DNA of 64,000 bases from a virus (Duplodnaviria; Caudoviricetes), in the IMG/VR virus record IMGVR_UViG_3300031912_000871, positions 23,322-87,321 of that record. One strand, 5' to 3'. This document shows positions 17,949 to 28,416 of the stretch, in pieces (positions within the stretch are counted from its first letter, which is position 1; the number at the start of each line of letters is the position of its first letter). Under the pieces are notes generated by a model, which worked only from the letters and a program-made list of their open reading frames with translations, made no database searches and was not told where the DNA came from. Position numbers and translations under genes: made by a program.

Positions 17949-19927
17949 CCGGCGGCGCGCCGCTCCAGCTCCACCACCCGCTCGGCCAGCTTGGCGAGCT
18001 GCCGGTCCTGATCCCGCACCAGCAGCATCAACGCGGCCGTGAACCGGTCGTACTGGACGCCGTCCGGCTCGCCGTGGAGGTAGGTCACCAGCTCCCCCAA
18101 GCCCAGCTGGTCAACCTCCTCGGCGACGAACCCCGCGTACCAGCGCGCATCGTCGCCGCGTTCCTCGACCTCACCGCGGTCGCGGAACCGGACCGGCCGC
18201 AGCGACCGCAGCGCGTCCAGGCTGAGCTCCAGATCCTCGACGTCGGTCTTGTACCTGATGGATGACGTCGACCGGCTGATCTTGTGGGTTCCGGAGTCGA
18301 TGAAGCAGTTCGCGGCCGACGTCGTAGTGGCGTTCGTCCGCAGCCGCAGGGAACCGATGAACGCACTGCCGGCGCGCGGACCGAGGATCACCTCGCCGTT
18401 GCCGGGAGTGTCCAGCCACCACCGGTTGTTCGACCCGCCCGCGCCGGCGTTGTCCACGTAGATCGAGTAGCCCTCGTTGAACGTGATTGCCTTCGACGCC
18501 GCCGAGTGCGGCAGGGACAGCTCCAGCCCTCCGGACGGCGTGAACCGGTAGACCGAGATGGCAGTGATCGGGTCGGTCCAGCAGGAAATCTGCCACGCGA
18601 AGTCGGTGTCCTCCGCGACCATGCTGGTGCCGGCGGCGCCGAGGGTGCCGGCCGGGCCTCGGATCGTGAACCGACGGTTGGAGCCGGTGCCGATCTGGTT
18701 GGCCTGGATGACCGGCTCGTCCCAGCCCCGGCCGAGCAGGTCCCACTTGATGGAGGCGACCGCGCCGCCCTCGTACGCGGTCTCGCCCATCTCGACCCGG
18801 GGCGCGGCCGACCGGGTGAAGAACGTGCCGCCGGTGATGACCTTGCCGGTGATGGCGTTCGCGGACAGCTTGTCCGCGGTGATCGCACCGTCGGCGATGC
18901 TGACCGCGCTGATCGCCCCGGCCGGGATGACATCAACCGCTACCAGGTCCACCTCGGCGGTGCCGTTGCCCGCCACGGCGTTGAGGTTCAGCACCGGCCG
19001 CAGGTAGCGGGTGCCGGTGACGGCGGCGCCCGGGTTGTTCGGGTCCGGGCGGGCCGTACTCGTGCCGGTGGTGGCGGTGCCGCGCAGGTAACCGGTGAAC
19101 TCCTGCCACCCGGCCCCGGCCACCAGGACCGCGTTCGCGGCGGCGACGTAGTGGGCGTTCGTCGGCCCGGGCGTCGCGGTGCCGGTGACGTCCACGTACG
19201 TCGCGCCGTCGGCCATCACCGCGGCGAACCCGGCGGACACCTTGGACGCGGTGGTGTCACCGGTCGGAGCGACGGTCTGCCGGACCCGGATCTTGATGCG
19301 GTACAGGGCGGTCGGGTCGAACGGGATCACCGGCGTCCGGACCAGCCCGGTCACCGCTCCGCCGGCCCGGAACACCGTCCCGCCGGTCACCGAGTCCACC
19401 ACCTGCTGCACGGTCAGCGTCCCCGCGACGCCGGCCGCCGCCCAGTCGGCCAGGTCACCACACGCGTCGACCACCCGGGCGGCGATCGCGCCCTGGCTGC
19501 CGACGGTCAGCTTGTCGGTGCTGATCGACCCGGCTTCGATCTTCCCGGCGGTGACCGCGTTCGCGGCGATCTTGTCCGAGGTGACCGACCCGGCTTCGAT
19601 CTTGTCGGCGGTGACCGCGTTCGCCGTCAGCTTCGGCGTGCTGATCGCGTCGTCGGAGATGTCCGTCTCGGTGATTGTGCCTGCCGGCAGGTTCAGATCC
19701 TGCGCGACGACGACACCGCCGTTGACGCCGGCCACCGCGTACGTGCCGTCGCCCTGGTCGCCGATCACCAGCACCGGGTTGCCCTCGGCGTCGGAGACGG
19801 TCAGCTGTCCGGCCTCGATGGAGGAGTGCCCCAGCTGCGAACCCCGCTCCAAGGCGGCAAGCCTGGCCTCCGTCTCCGATAGCCGCTTCGCCAGCTGCGT
19901 GATCGCCTGATCGGCCGCCGTCGTCAT
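17945..19927 (-). CDS. Tail fibre/spike with C-terminal intramolecular chaperone (peptidase S74)
   Basis: ITADKI/VTSDKI repeats; TSSIRYKTDVEDL...GFVAEEV...VQYDRF plus terminal coil. Confidence 0.88.
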   Translation of the reverse strand: MTTAADQAITQLAKRLSETEARLAALERGSQLGHSSIEAGQLTVSDAEGNPVLVIGDQGDGTYAVAGVNGGVVVAQDLNLPAGTITETDISDDAISTPKLTANAVTADKIEAGSVTSDKIAANAVTAGKIEAGSISTDKLTVGSQGAIAARVVDACGDLADWAAAGVAGTLTVQQVVDSVTGGTVFRAGGAVTGLVRTPVIPFDPTALYRIKIRVRQTVAPTGDTTASKVSAGFAAVMADGATYVDVTGTATPGPTNAHYVAAANAVLVAGAGWQEFTGYLRGTATTGTSTARPDPNNPGAAVTGTRYLRPVLNLNAVAGNGTAEVDLVAVDVIPAGAISAVSIADGAITADKLSANAITGKVITGGTFFTRSAAPRVEMGETAYEGGAVASIKWDLLGRGWDEPVIQANQIGTGSNRRFTIRGPAGTLGAAGTSMVAEDTDFAWQISCWTDPITAISVYRFTPSGGLELSLPHSAASKAITFNEGYSIYVDNAGAGGSNNRWWLDTPGNGEVILGPRAGSAFIGSLRLRTNATTTSAANCFIDSGTHKISRSTSSIRYKTDVEDLELSLDALRSLRPVRFRDRGEVEERGDDARWYAGFVAEEVDQLGLGELVTYLHGEPDGVQYDRFTAALMLLVRDQDRQLAKLAERVVELERRAAG

Positions 19928-21339
19928 GCCACGCTCCCGTACGTGTACCGGTCGGCGCGCTGGAGCGCCAGCTTCGCCCGGTGCTCACCGATCAGCGACC
20001 AGCCGATCACCCGCGACCACAGCGGCACGTCACCCAGCCACGGCACCCGGGCCTGCACGAGGATGTCGTCGCCGACAGCCCATGACCCGATCCGGGCGTT
20101 CGGGTGGTCGACCACCTCGATCTCGGTGATCTCGACCAGGCCCCGCCGGCGGATCAGCTCGTCCCGGCAGATCATGTCCAGCCGAGACCCGGAGGTGACC
20201 GCCTTGTTCGACACCACCGCCACCCGGCGTAGCCGCCCGTCGATGATCGGCAGGCGGGTGTGCACCAGCGTTCGGCCCTCCCCGGCGCCGAGCCCGAACA
20301 CCTCGTTGGCGTAGTCATCGCCGTCGACCTGCACCGGCACGGCGGACACCACGTTGTCGCCCTGCACGAACGCCAGGTCGTCGCGGCGGCGACCGAGCCG
20401 CGGGTACCCGAGCCGGATCCGGTGCACGATGCTGCCCCCGGCACCCCAGGCGACGTCTTCCGCCCAGTCGAACGGCGTCTGGTTCGCCAGCTGCTCGAAC
20501 TCGCCCCCGCAGTCCTTCGCGTCCCACCACGCCAGCAGGTACGGCTCGGCCGGCTGCGCAGCCACCGTGCGGGTCTGCGTACCGTCGTGCTTGACGAGGG
20601 TGCCCTCCCGGTGCGACGTCGCCGAACTGGTGCCGTAGCCGCGTTCCAGGCCGGTCAGCTTCGTGCCGGTCCGGCCGGTCACCCGCATCGTCTCCGCGCC
20701 CACCGTGATCAGGTACGGGGGTGCCAGCTGGTCGTACAGGCCCATCGCGGCGAGGGTGAGACTGCTGTCGTTGGAGTCGATGCCGGTCTTCAGCTTCGCC
20801 GACGCTGACGGCTCGACCGAGGACGCGGGCACCGCGTCCTTCCGCACCCACTTCCCGCCCAGGAACACCTCCTCGAAGGCGGCCACGCCCGGCTTCCCGA
20901 GCCGGGCCGGGCTCTTCGTGCCGTCGAGCACCACACCCAGATCGCCGTTCGGAAAGGACTGAAGGTGCGCCCAGATCTCCCGCGCCGCGTCCAACGGGTC
21001 GACGCCGACGCGGGAGTATTCGCCGAGGTAGGGGATGCCGCGCGGGTAGGCGGACACACCAGCAGCCTCGATGCTCCACTGCGAGCCGGAAAACCGGGAC
21101 GACACGATGATGCCGCCCCACCGCAGATGCCCGTCCGCCTCGGCGAACAGCTCGGTTCCCCACTCCTCCAGCAGCAGCCGCCCGTCAGGAGCGCGCAGCT
21201 GCCCTATGTCCGGGTCGATGCTGCCGCGCAGCGACCCGGAGCGGCGCAGCCCCCACGTCAGCTCATCCCGGTGCAACGGCAGATCCCAGTCGAGGATCTC
21301 CCCGGTGACCGCGCGGCGTGCGATGTACCGCCACGTCAC
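19924..21339 (-). CDS. Minor tail protein (Gp37-like/Tal position)
   Basis: MTWRYIARRAVTGEILDWDLPL, RWGGII, RLGYPRLGRRRDDL; position after Dit. Confidence 0.8.
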   Translation of the reverse strand: MTWRYIARRAVTGEILDWDLPLHRDELTWGLRRSGSLRGSIDPDIGQLRAPDGRLLLEEWGTELFAEADGHLRWGGIIVSSRFSGSQWSIEAAGVSAYPRGIPYLGEYSRVGVDPLDAAREIWAHLQSFPNGDLGVVLDGTKSPARLGKPGVAAFEEVFLGGKWVRKDAVPASSVEPSASAKLKTGIDSNDSSLTLAAMGLYDQLAPPYLITVGAETMRVTGRTGTKLTGLERGYGTSSATSHREGTLVKHDGTQTRTVAAQPAEPYLLAWWDAKDCGGEFEQLANQTPFDWAEDVAWGAGGSIVHRIRLGYPRLGRRRDDLAFVQGDNVVSAVPVQVDGDDYANEVFGLGAGEGRTLVHTRLPIIDGRLRRVAVVSNKAVTSGSRLDMICRDELIRRRGLVEITEIEVVDHPNARIGSWAVGDDILVQARVPWLGDVPLWSRVIGWSLIGEHRAKLALQRADRYTYGSVA

Positions 21340-22298
21340 GCTGGCTTCTCCACGAACTCGTAGTCGATGGTGATGATCGACTGATAGTCCGCCTGGAAGG
21401 TGCCAGAGCCACCGGAGCGGACCCCGGCAGCGGCGAGGGTGCGGGTGGTGCCGCGGTGCGCGGCCGGGATCGCGTGCTCACCGGCCACCGAGTAGTAGCC
21501 GCGGCCGGCGACCGTCTCCACCAGGATGCCGTTCTCCGACGAGTAGTCGCTGCCGTTGTAGACGGTCTTCAGACCAGCGACCGTCGGGGTGCTGGCGCCG
21601 GGAATGTGCTCGATGCCCTGCAAGGTGATGTTGACCCGCACGTGGGTCGCCCAGGCCGGCACCTCCACGCTGATCTGCGACGCCGCCGGCCACACCCCGT
21701 ACGCGGTGCCGGAGATGTTGTTGTCGCCCCCCGGGAACTTCACCACGAGGTCTCGCTCGCGGCGCGGATTCGCGATCCGCCGCAGGTCCGCGATCATCGC
21801 CTGGGTGACGGTGGCCGTGGACGGGGGAATGTCCACCCGCGCCAGCGCGATCCCGGAGAACCCGAGGCCCAGGTCGGTGAGCCGCCTCGTGGTCGGCGGG
21901 ACGCCGGGGATGACGACGGTGTTGATGTACGGGCCGACCGCCGGGTCGGCCGGGTCGGACCACGGCTCCCCAGCGAGCCACGGGTCTTCCACCCTGGCGA
22001 TCACCAGGTCGGACCGGCCCGCGCCGGCGCCGGTCGCTGCGATGCCCGCCGTGTCCTGGGTGGCGCATCGGCCCGCGTACGCCTGGTGCAGTTGCCCGGC
22101 CGCTCGGCAGAGGATCGAGCAGGCGCCCGGGTCGACGGTCACGCCCGCGCCGGGCACGGCCAGGGCCTTGACCTTCAGGTCGTCGGGCCCGACGACGCCT
22201 TCGTTGCCGCGGAAGGCGACGAAGGCGAGCATCCGGGCTACCTCGGCGGAGTGCTGCGCCCCACCGCCCACCATCCACGGCACGCCGTCCCAGCCCAC
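21336..22298 (-). CDS. Minor tail/baseplate protein
   Basis: 320 aa between Dit and Tal-like gene; RBS GGAGG. Confidence 0.75.
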   Translation of the reverse strand: MGWDGVPWMVGGGAQHSAEVARMLAFVAFRGNEGVVGPDDLKVKALAVPGAGVTVDPGACSILCRAAGQLHQAYAGRCATQDTAGIAATGAGAGRSDLVIARVEDPWLAGEPWSDPADPAVGPYINTVVIPGVPPTTRRLTDLGLGFSGIALARVDIPPSTATVTQAMIADLRRIANPRRERDLVVKFPGGDNNISGTAYGVWPAASQISVEVPAWATHVRVNITLQGIEHIPGASTPTVAGLKTVYNGSDYSSENGILVETVAGRGYYSVAGEHAIPAAHRGTTRTLAAAGVRSGGSGTFQADYQSIITIDYEFVEKPA

Positions 22299-22306
22299 TG
22301 TGCCTC

Positions 22307-23212
22307 CTACAGCCCGCCGTACGTCTTTTGCCAGGCGAATTGCATCTGAGCGGTGCCGCTAACGTCCTGGCCCCGCATCACCACCTCGTACGTGCCGGGT
22401 GGCACGGCAGCGTCGGCCAGACGCACGCCAGTCCGGGTGAGCGCACCACCGAACGACGCGCCGTCGCCGCGCAGCACGCTGCGCCGCCACGGCCGGGTGT
22501 CGATCGTCAGGTGCTGGCCGGCCAGGATCGTTACGTTCAGGGCCATCGTCCACAAGCCCGTGACCTGCACGACCGGGTTGGTCAGCGGCGCCGACACGGC
22601 CCGCAGCGTAATGACCGGCCACGCCGGCAACTCGCCGCCCACCACGATGCCGCCCGGCGCGGCGCCCGTCGGCACGGTCGTCAGCGGGGTTATCAGCGGC
22701 GACACCAAGCCCCCGGACGGCGGCGGCACCAGCGACACCGTTTCCTGCTCGAGCACCGGGTCGTACCAGCAGTCGTCCACGGCGGCGAAGTCACACACCA
22801 CGGGAATCACGCCCTGCCGTGGCTGCTTCGCGGCGGGCGCGAAGCGGCGGGGCCGCCCGTACGCCACCCGGGGCCGCCCGGCGATCACCGTGGACAGCTC
22901 GGCGACCATGCCCGGCACGGAGCGCACCGCGTCGGCCCGCCACGCCAACGCCAGATCCGTCTGCCGCTGCCGGACCGCCAGCTCGCTGTCGCCCAGCACG
23001 AGCAACTCGAAGGTGATCGTCTGCCCGCCCCGGAAGTCCTGGCCGAAGAGCCGGCCGTCGCCGCGCGGTCTGGGCGCGTCGTCGGTGAGCAGTTCCACCG
23101 CCCCGATCTGCGGTTCCGTGGCGAGCATGATCCCGGAGGCGTACGGCCCCCACGTCAGCGACCGGCCCGGGTAGGTCAGGGTCCACTCGTCAGGTGCCTG
23201 CAACGACTCCAC
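22307..23212 (-). CDS. Distal tail (Dit)-like protein
   Basis: Directly after tape measure; AYGRPRRF, GGELPAWPVI, LTIDTRPW motifs. Confidence 0.75.
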   Translation of the reverse strand: MESLQAPDEWTLTYPGRSLTWGPYASGIMLATEPQIGAVELLTDDAPRPRGDGRLFGQDFRGGQTITFELLVLGDSELAVRQRQTDLALAWRADAVRSVPGMVAELSTVIAGRPRVAYGRPRRFAPAAKQPRQGVIPVVCDFAAVDDCWYDPVLEQETVSLVPPPSGGLVSPLITPLTTVPTGAAPGGIVVGGELPAWPVITLRAVSAPLTNPVVQVTGLWTMALNVTILAGQHLTIDTRPWRRSVLRGDGASFGGALTRTGVRLADAAVPPGTYEVVMRGQDVSGTAQMQFAWQKTYGGL

Positions 23213-26200
23213 CTCTCCGGATCACCCGCAGCCGGAACATCAGCTCCTCCAGCTGGTCGTTGAAGCTGCCCTCACTGCCCTGGAACGTGACCTGCCCGAT
23301 CAGCGGCGACGGGCCCGCCGCACCGTCGCCGGCCGGGACGCCGGCCATCGGCGTGACCGGGTTGCCCGCGCTCGCCCCGTCGGTGACGGCCGCGGCGAGC
23401 CGCTCGGCTGCCTTCACCGCGGTGGGGGCGTTCTTGTCGAGGCCCACCGTGTAGCCAGCCACCAGCTGACGGGCGATCGCCATGAACACCCGGCTCGGGC
23501 TCTTGATGCCGAGGGCGTCTTTCGCGCCGCGGATGCCGGAGTTGATCACGCCCTTGATCGCGCCGACGGCCGCGCCGGCCATCGACTTCACACCGTCGAT
23601 CAGGCCCCGGATCAGGTCCTTCCCGGCGCCGACCAGCATGGATCCGAGGTCGCCGAGCTTGCCCGGGATGCCCTTGACGGTGGAGACGGTGTTCGACACC
23701 CCGTTGGACACGGCGCTCTTCACGGCCGACCACATCGCCGAGAACGCGCCAGTCACCCGCGACTTCGCGTCCGACGCCGCGGCCGACAGCCGGCCCGGCA
23801 GTTGCAGCGCGAACGTGACCACCGCGGCGACCCCGGCGGAGAACAGCGCCCGTGCGCGCGCCCACAGATCGGTGACGATCGCGGCTACCCGGCCCGGCAG
23901 CAGCTGGAACCAGGTGATCACGGCGGACACCGCGTTGCCGACGAGCACGCCCAGCGCGGTCGCGGCAGCCATCACCCGGCCCGGCAGGTCGATGAAGAAC
24001 TTGATGATCGACCCGATGCCGAAGCCCACCCAGTAGGCCGCCTGGGTGAGCAGGAACATGAAGAACGAGGCGAGCTGGCCGGGCAGGGCGGACAGGAACG
24101 CCATGATCTGGCCCGGCAGCGCCGCGAACCACGAGCCGATGCCGGAGATCCAGCCGGGCAGTGTGACGGTGAAGAACTGGCCGATGGACGATCCGGCGCC
24201 CCGTACCGCCTGCCACGCCTGGGAGAGGAAGCCGCCCACGGCGAGCGCGGCCCCGAGGAGCACCTTCCCGAACGCCTGGGTGGCGTTCAGCGCGGTGGTG
24301 AGCCAGCCGGCCAGCATCGAGATCGGCTTGGAGAGCCCGAACAGCCAGACGGCGAGCTTGACCGCGATCAAGCCCATCTGCACCAGGTACGGCACGAGGG
24401 GGATCGCGGCGACGAGCAGCTGCGTCATCGCCAGGGCTAGTTGGAGGCCGGCTTCCACCAGTTCGGGAAGCTGCGGGGCGAGCGCCAGCAGCGCCTCCAG
24501 CAGCGCCCCGGACAGCGCCTTGGCGATCTTGATGACGGCGGGCACCAGCTGCCCGGTGAGCAGCGCCTGAAGCTCCGGCAGGTGCTCCAGCAGTTGGGAG
24601 GCGATGACCTGGGCGAGCTGCACGATCACCGGGACCAGCGGCATGAACGCCTTGGCGATCGCCAGCCCGGCGGTCGTGGCCGGGCCCAGGCCGCCGGAGA
24701 CGAGCTGCTGAAGGACCGGCAGGAGGGTCGTGGCGAGCTGGACGCCCATCCGTGCCCAGACGCCGAGTAGCGGCCCGGCCTGGCGGGCCACGACGGACAG
24801 GACGCCGGCGGCGATCGTGAGGACGTTGGCCAGCTGCGCGCCGATCAGTGGCAGCAGCGGCGCGACGGCCTTGGCTACGTCCGACAGTGCCCGGCCGACC
24901 GGCGCGGCGGCTGGCGCGAGCAGCCGCAGACCGTCGGCGAGGGCGTTGACCAGCACGGTCAGCCCTGGCGACACCGCGACCGCCAAATCACCGACGATCT
25001 TGGCGAGGGGACCGAGCCCGCCGACCACGGCGGTGAGAACCGGCGCCAAGGCGGATCCGACCTGCGACAGGGCGGTGAACACGGCGATCAGGGCCTGCTG
25101 GCCCTCCGCGCTGTTGGCGGCCTTGTTCAGGGTGTCGAGGGCCTGCTTGACGAGCGTGAACGCGCCGCCGCCGGTGGCCTCGTTCGCGGCGGCGAACACC
25201 CCGCGCAGGATCCCGATGACGTCCCGGCCCATCTGGGCCAGGTCGCCGAGCATCGACAGTCCGTCGGAGATCCACTGGTGCAGCCGGCCGTCCGACGCCG
25301 CCGCGCTGATCTTGTCGGCGAACGTGGTCGCCCACTCAGCCAGCCCCGACGTGAGACCGGGCAGGAACGCGCTGCCGACCTGGCCGATCTGAAGCAGCGC
25401 CTGACCGATCGGGCCGAGCGCACCGAACAGGTCCCACGCCGCCTGCCCAGTGTTGGCGAGCAGGCCCGCCAGAGCCGACGACGACGCGGCGTTGTCCAGC
25501 CAGGTGAGCGACTGACGGAGCCCACCGTTGATGTTCGTGGCGATGTCGCCGAGGCCGGTCTTCAGGGACGGCAGGTACCGGTCGGCCAGATCCCGCACCG
25601 CGCCGTTGAGGCCGCGGAAGAACTTCTCCTGCACGTCGAGGCGCAGGCCGTTGAGAGCTGGCGCCATCCGGGCCAGCTCCTGCACGAACGAGCGGGCGTT
25701 CGGCGACAGCTTCGCCAGCGCCTCGTTCAGTTTCTCCTGCTCAGCGGCGGTCAGCTTCCCGCCGGCAGCGAGCTTGGAGTAGGCGGAGAACGTCTCCGAG
25801 ATGGCGTCGTTGACGCCCGACAAGGCCAGCTTGAAGGTGGCGAGGATGCCGACGCTCGCGCCGATGATGGCGGGCAGCAGGCCCGCCGACTGCGCGGCGG
25901 TCGCCGCCGCAGCGGCGAACCCGAGAAGGTTCGTGGCGGCCGACGCCGCCCCGGCCGCCACCACGGCCAGACCGACGCCCTTGGCGATCGTCACCCCGAA
26001 CGACAGCGCGCTGGCTGCGGCCTTCTTCAGCCCGGCCTGGAAGCCTCGGGTGTCGACGTTGAGCTGGACCCGCTGGTGCTTCAGCCCTTCGATCGCGCGG
26101 CGGGCCGGCTTCGTGTCGGCGTCGACCCGCACCTTCGCGGCGGCCTTGTCGCCGGCTTCCTTGACCGCCCGGCGCAGCTCGGTGGCCGGGATCCGCACGC

Positions 26201-26498
26201 CGATCTTCGCGAGGGCCTTGGCCTTCTCGGCGGCCTCCTTGACCGCGCGCCGGAAGTCCGCGACGGGGATCCGCACGCCGATCTTCGCGGTGACCTTGCT
26301 CTTCTCGGCGGCCTCCTTGACCGCCGTCCGCAGCTCGGTCCGCAGACCGGTCGTCTTGACCTTGACCTGCACCTTCGCCGTGACCTTCGCCGCCGCGGCG
26401 TTGACACGGCGGCGAAGGTCCGTCACGAACCCGCGTAGGTCCGCTACGACCGAGAGGTCGAGCTGGCCGGCGTCCTCACCGCGCCCCGGCTGCGTCAC
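23190..26498 (-). CDS. Tape measure protein
   Basis: 1102 aa Ala/Gly/Leu-rich with W/F periodicity; C-terminal LGIKSPSRVF. Confidence 0.92.
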   Translation of the reverse strand: MTQPGRGEDAGQLDLSVVADLRGFVTDLRRRVNAAAAKVTAKVQVKVKTTGLRTELRTAVKEAAEKSKVTAKIGVRIPVADFRRAVKEAAEKAKALAKIGVRIPATELRRAVKEAGDKAAAKVRVDADTKPARRAIEGLKHQRVQLNVDTRGFQAGLKKAAASALSFGVTIAKGVGLAVVAAGAASAATNLLGFAAAAATAAQSAGLLPAIIGASVGILATFKLALSGVNDAISETFSAYSKLAAGGKLTAAEQEKLNEALAKLSPNARSFVQELARMAPALNGLRLDVQEKFFRGLNGAVRDLADRYLPSLKTGLGDIATNINGGLRQSLTWLDNAASSSALAGLLANTGQAAWDLFGALGPIGQALLQIGQVGSAFLPGLTSGLAEWATTFADKISAAASDGRLHQWISDGLSMLGDLAQMGRDVIGILRGVFAAANEATGGGAFTLVKQALDTLNKAANSAEGQQALIAVFTALSQVGSALAPVLTAVVGGLGPLAKIVGDLAVAVSPGLTVLVNALADGLRLLAPAAAPVGRALSDVAKAVAPLLPLIGAQLANVLTIAAGVLSVVARQAGPLLGVWARMGVQLATTLLPVLQQLVSGGLGPATTAGLAIAKAFMPLVPVIVQLAQVIASQLLEHLPELQALLTGQLVPAVIKIAKALSGALLEALLALAPQLPELVEAGLQLALAMTQLLVAAIPLVPYLVQMGLIAVKLAVWLFGLSKPISMLAGWLTTALNATQAFGKVLLGAALAVGGFLSQAWQAVRGAGSSIGQFFTVTLPGWISGIGSWFAALPGQIMAFLSALPGQLASFFMFLLTQAAYWVGFGIGSIIKFFIDLPGRVMAAATALGVLVGNAVSAVITWFQLLPGRVAAIVTDLWARARALFSAGVAAVVTFALQLPGRLSAAASDAKSRVTGAFSAMWSAVKSAVSNGVSNTVSTVKGIPGKLGDLGSMLVGAGKDLIRGLIDGVKSMAGAAVGAIKGVINSGIRGAKDALGIKSPSRVFMAIARQLVAGYTVGLDKNAPTAVKAAERLAAAVTDGASAGNPVTPMAGVPAGDGAAGPSPLIGQVTFQGSEGSFNDQLEELMFRLRVIRRGGVVAGT
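26140..26345 (-). repeat. 78-nt (26-aa) tandem repeat near TMP N-terminus
   Basis: GATCCGCACGCCGATCTTCGCG at 26190 and 26268; about three copies of R.AVKEAAEK.K..AKIGVRIP. Confidence 0.85.
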
Positions 26499-27293
26499 CG
26501 TCCCTGACCACCCTCACTCTGCCGGCAGCGGCCATTGCCTTGGCCATCTGCGCGATACCGACCGAGCCGGGGGGAGGCGTGGATTTCTTACCTGGTCGAG
26601 GGAGGCGGAGCGGTTCCTTGCGGCGGTGGTCCGACGACAGCACCGACAGCTCCTCCAGCAGCAGCGCGAGCAGCTCGTTGTGCTCGTTCCACGGCGCTTC
26701 GCCGGGCCGTCGGCGGATGGCAGCGTCCGGGGGCAGGCTGCGGATCAGCGCCCGGACGCGGCGTACGCCGATCAGCTCCGGGTGCCACGCCGGGAGCCAG
26801 ATCCGCCGCGCGTCGTACCCGCGGGCTTCGAGGTCGGCTTCGAGGTCGTCCCACCGGTGTCGGCAGAGGGCGACAAGCCCAACGCTTCCCCCAGGCTCAC
26901 CCCGTACTCGCCGAACGCGGCGCGGCCGAGCCGGAAGTAGTCACCGAGGCCGGGCCGGCCGGCGAGCCACTGCGCCCACTGCTCCTCGCCGAGCAGCTCG
27001 GAGAACGCCCGCCGGATGGCCCGGAGGGTGGTCGACAGCAGGGCAGGGTTGCGGGCCAGGATCGGCAGCAGCTTCATCGGGTCGAAGTCGACCCTCTCGG
27101 TGTCGCCGTCGCCGATGAGTTCGATCAGCAGGGCGAGCAGGTCGTCCAGCTCACCCTCGAACAGCGGGTCGAGCACCGACGCCGGGAACTCCGGCGGCAG
27201 CGTCCACTCCCGCCGGTTGAGCAAGACGACGATCGGCTCCCCGGCCCCTTCGCGGGCCGGGGCGTTGACGTCGAGGTCGATCACACGGGCCAC
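26476..27293 (-). CDS. Tail assembly chaperone, -1 frameshift extended form
   Basis: Slippery GGGGGAA at 26886-26892 (minus); -1 frame open to 26476: VGLVALCRHRWDDLEADL...PELIGVRRVRALIRSLPPDAA...WNEHNELLA. Confidence 0.8.
26772..27293 (-). CDS. Tail assembly chaperone, short form
   Basis: GTG 27293, MARVIDLDVNAPAREGAGEPIVV; between major tail and TMP. Confidence 0.82.
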   Translation of the reverse strand: MARVIDLDVNAPAREGAGEPIVVLLNRREWTLPPEFPASVLDPLFEGELDDLLALLIELIGDGDTERVDFDPMKLLPILARNPALLSTTLRAIRRAFSELLGEEQWAQWLAGRPGLGDYFRLGRAAFGEYGVSLGEALGLSPSADTGGTTSKPTSKPAGTTRGGSGSRRGTRS

Positions 27294-27331
27294 AGGGGGG
27301 CCGCCTCTCTCGGTAGGGAAGGGATCGCAGG

Positions 27332-27901
27332 TCAGGGGGTGGGCTCCGGGTCGAACGCCGCGTCGTTGGTGACCATGTACCAGGCGTCCGTGGAGTCCCC
27401 GCCCAAGATCGACAGGCGGAGCGGCAGTTTCGCCTCGGGGTTCTTGTTGAGCTCCAGCTCCACCTCGGACTCGTTGAACACCCGGGCGGCGATGAACCGG
27501 TACTTCTTGGCCCCGTCGATCACGTCGAGGATCGCGGCCAACTCGTCCCGGTTGCCGAAGCTCGGCGGCACGAACTTGTACAGGTTCGGGGTGCCGCTGA
27601 TGGCGGTGATGTTGCCGCCGCCGTACACGGCCTTGAAGTTCGCGCCGTTCCATTGGAGCAGGTCGACGTCCATGCCGGCCGCGTCCGAGGTCTGGAGGAT
27701 CTTCACCGGGTAGTTCGACTGGTGCGCGAACACCCGCTCGAATTCCGGCGACACCCGGAACCGGCACGACTCCGGGTTGGTCAGGCCGACGTTGAAGAAC
27801 CCGCTCCCGGGCGCGGACAGGTCCGCCGGCAGAGTGGAGCCGACCACACCGAGGTAGAGGGCGATGGTCTTGGCCTGGACAAGCTGGTTGGGCTGCGTCA
27901 T
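27332..27901 (-). CDS. Major tail protein
   Basis: 189 aa, phage tail-tube-like; own late promoter; upstream of chaperone. Confidence 0.82.
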   Translation of the reverse strand: MTQPNQLVQAKTIALYLGVVGSTLPADLSAPGSGFFNVGLTNPESCRFRVSPEFERVFAHQSNYPVKILQTSDAAGMDVDLLQWNGANFKAVYGGGNITAISGTPNLYKFVPPSFGNRDELAAILDVIDGAKKYRFIAARVFNESEVELELNKNPEAKLPLRLSILGGDSTDAWYMVTNDAAFDPEPTP

Positions 27902-27975
27902 CTCACGCCTCGCGGTGCTGGTCGATCAGGACGACCGCACGCTAGGGCCGGGCGACAGTTAACGTCCCAGGCCGG

Positions 27976-28416
27976 TCAGCCGTTGTCCGGGTGAGCGACG
28001 ATCCGGACGGTATGCGCCCAGCACAGCTGCCCCGTCGCCGGGTCCGGCTGGAGGCGCCCGGAACCCACCGTGTACGCGTCCGTGACCACCGGCCGGCCCG
28101 GCACGTGCGGGCGGCCCGCCGCCCGCACCAGGTGGTGCACCGCCAGGTACAGCAGCCGGCGCAGCGCCGCCGAACCGGGCCGCCCGTCGGGGCCCGCCCA
28201 GGCCAGCAACACGACCTCGCCAGTCACCGACCACACCAGCCGGCCGTCCTCACCGCCAGGGGAGGGCCGGACCTGAAGATGCGGATACGGGCCCTCGTTC
28301 AGCCCGGACACATGTTCGGCGCCGCCGGAGCCGTACTCGGCGAGCATCTCGGTGGCCGAGGTCAGCTCGGCGAGCGCGATGGCCACCGGGTCGACGTCGA
28401 CCACCGGCTCGATCAC
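27976..28416 (-). CDS. Tail terminator-like protein
   Basis: GTG overlaps upstream stop; GPYPHLQV motif; position before major tail. Confidence 0.6.
   Translation of the reverse strand: MIEPVVDVDPVAIALAELTSATEMLAEYGSGGAEHVSGLNEGPYPHLQVRPSPGGEDGRLVWSVTGEVVLLAWAGPDGRPGSAALRRLLYLAVHHLVRAAGRPHVPGRPVVTDAYTVGSGRLQPDPATGQLCWAHTVRIVAHPDNG

Noticed and set aside
17945-19927. Diversity-generating retroelement acting on the tail fibre
   Set aside because: No reverse transcriptase motif (YADD-like) and no template/variable repeat pair seen.
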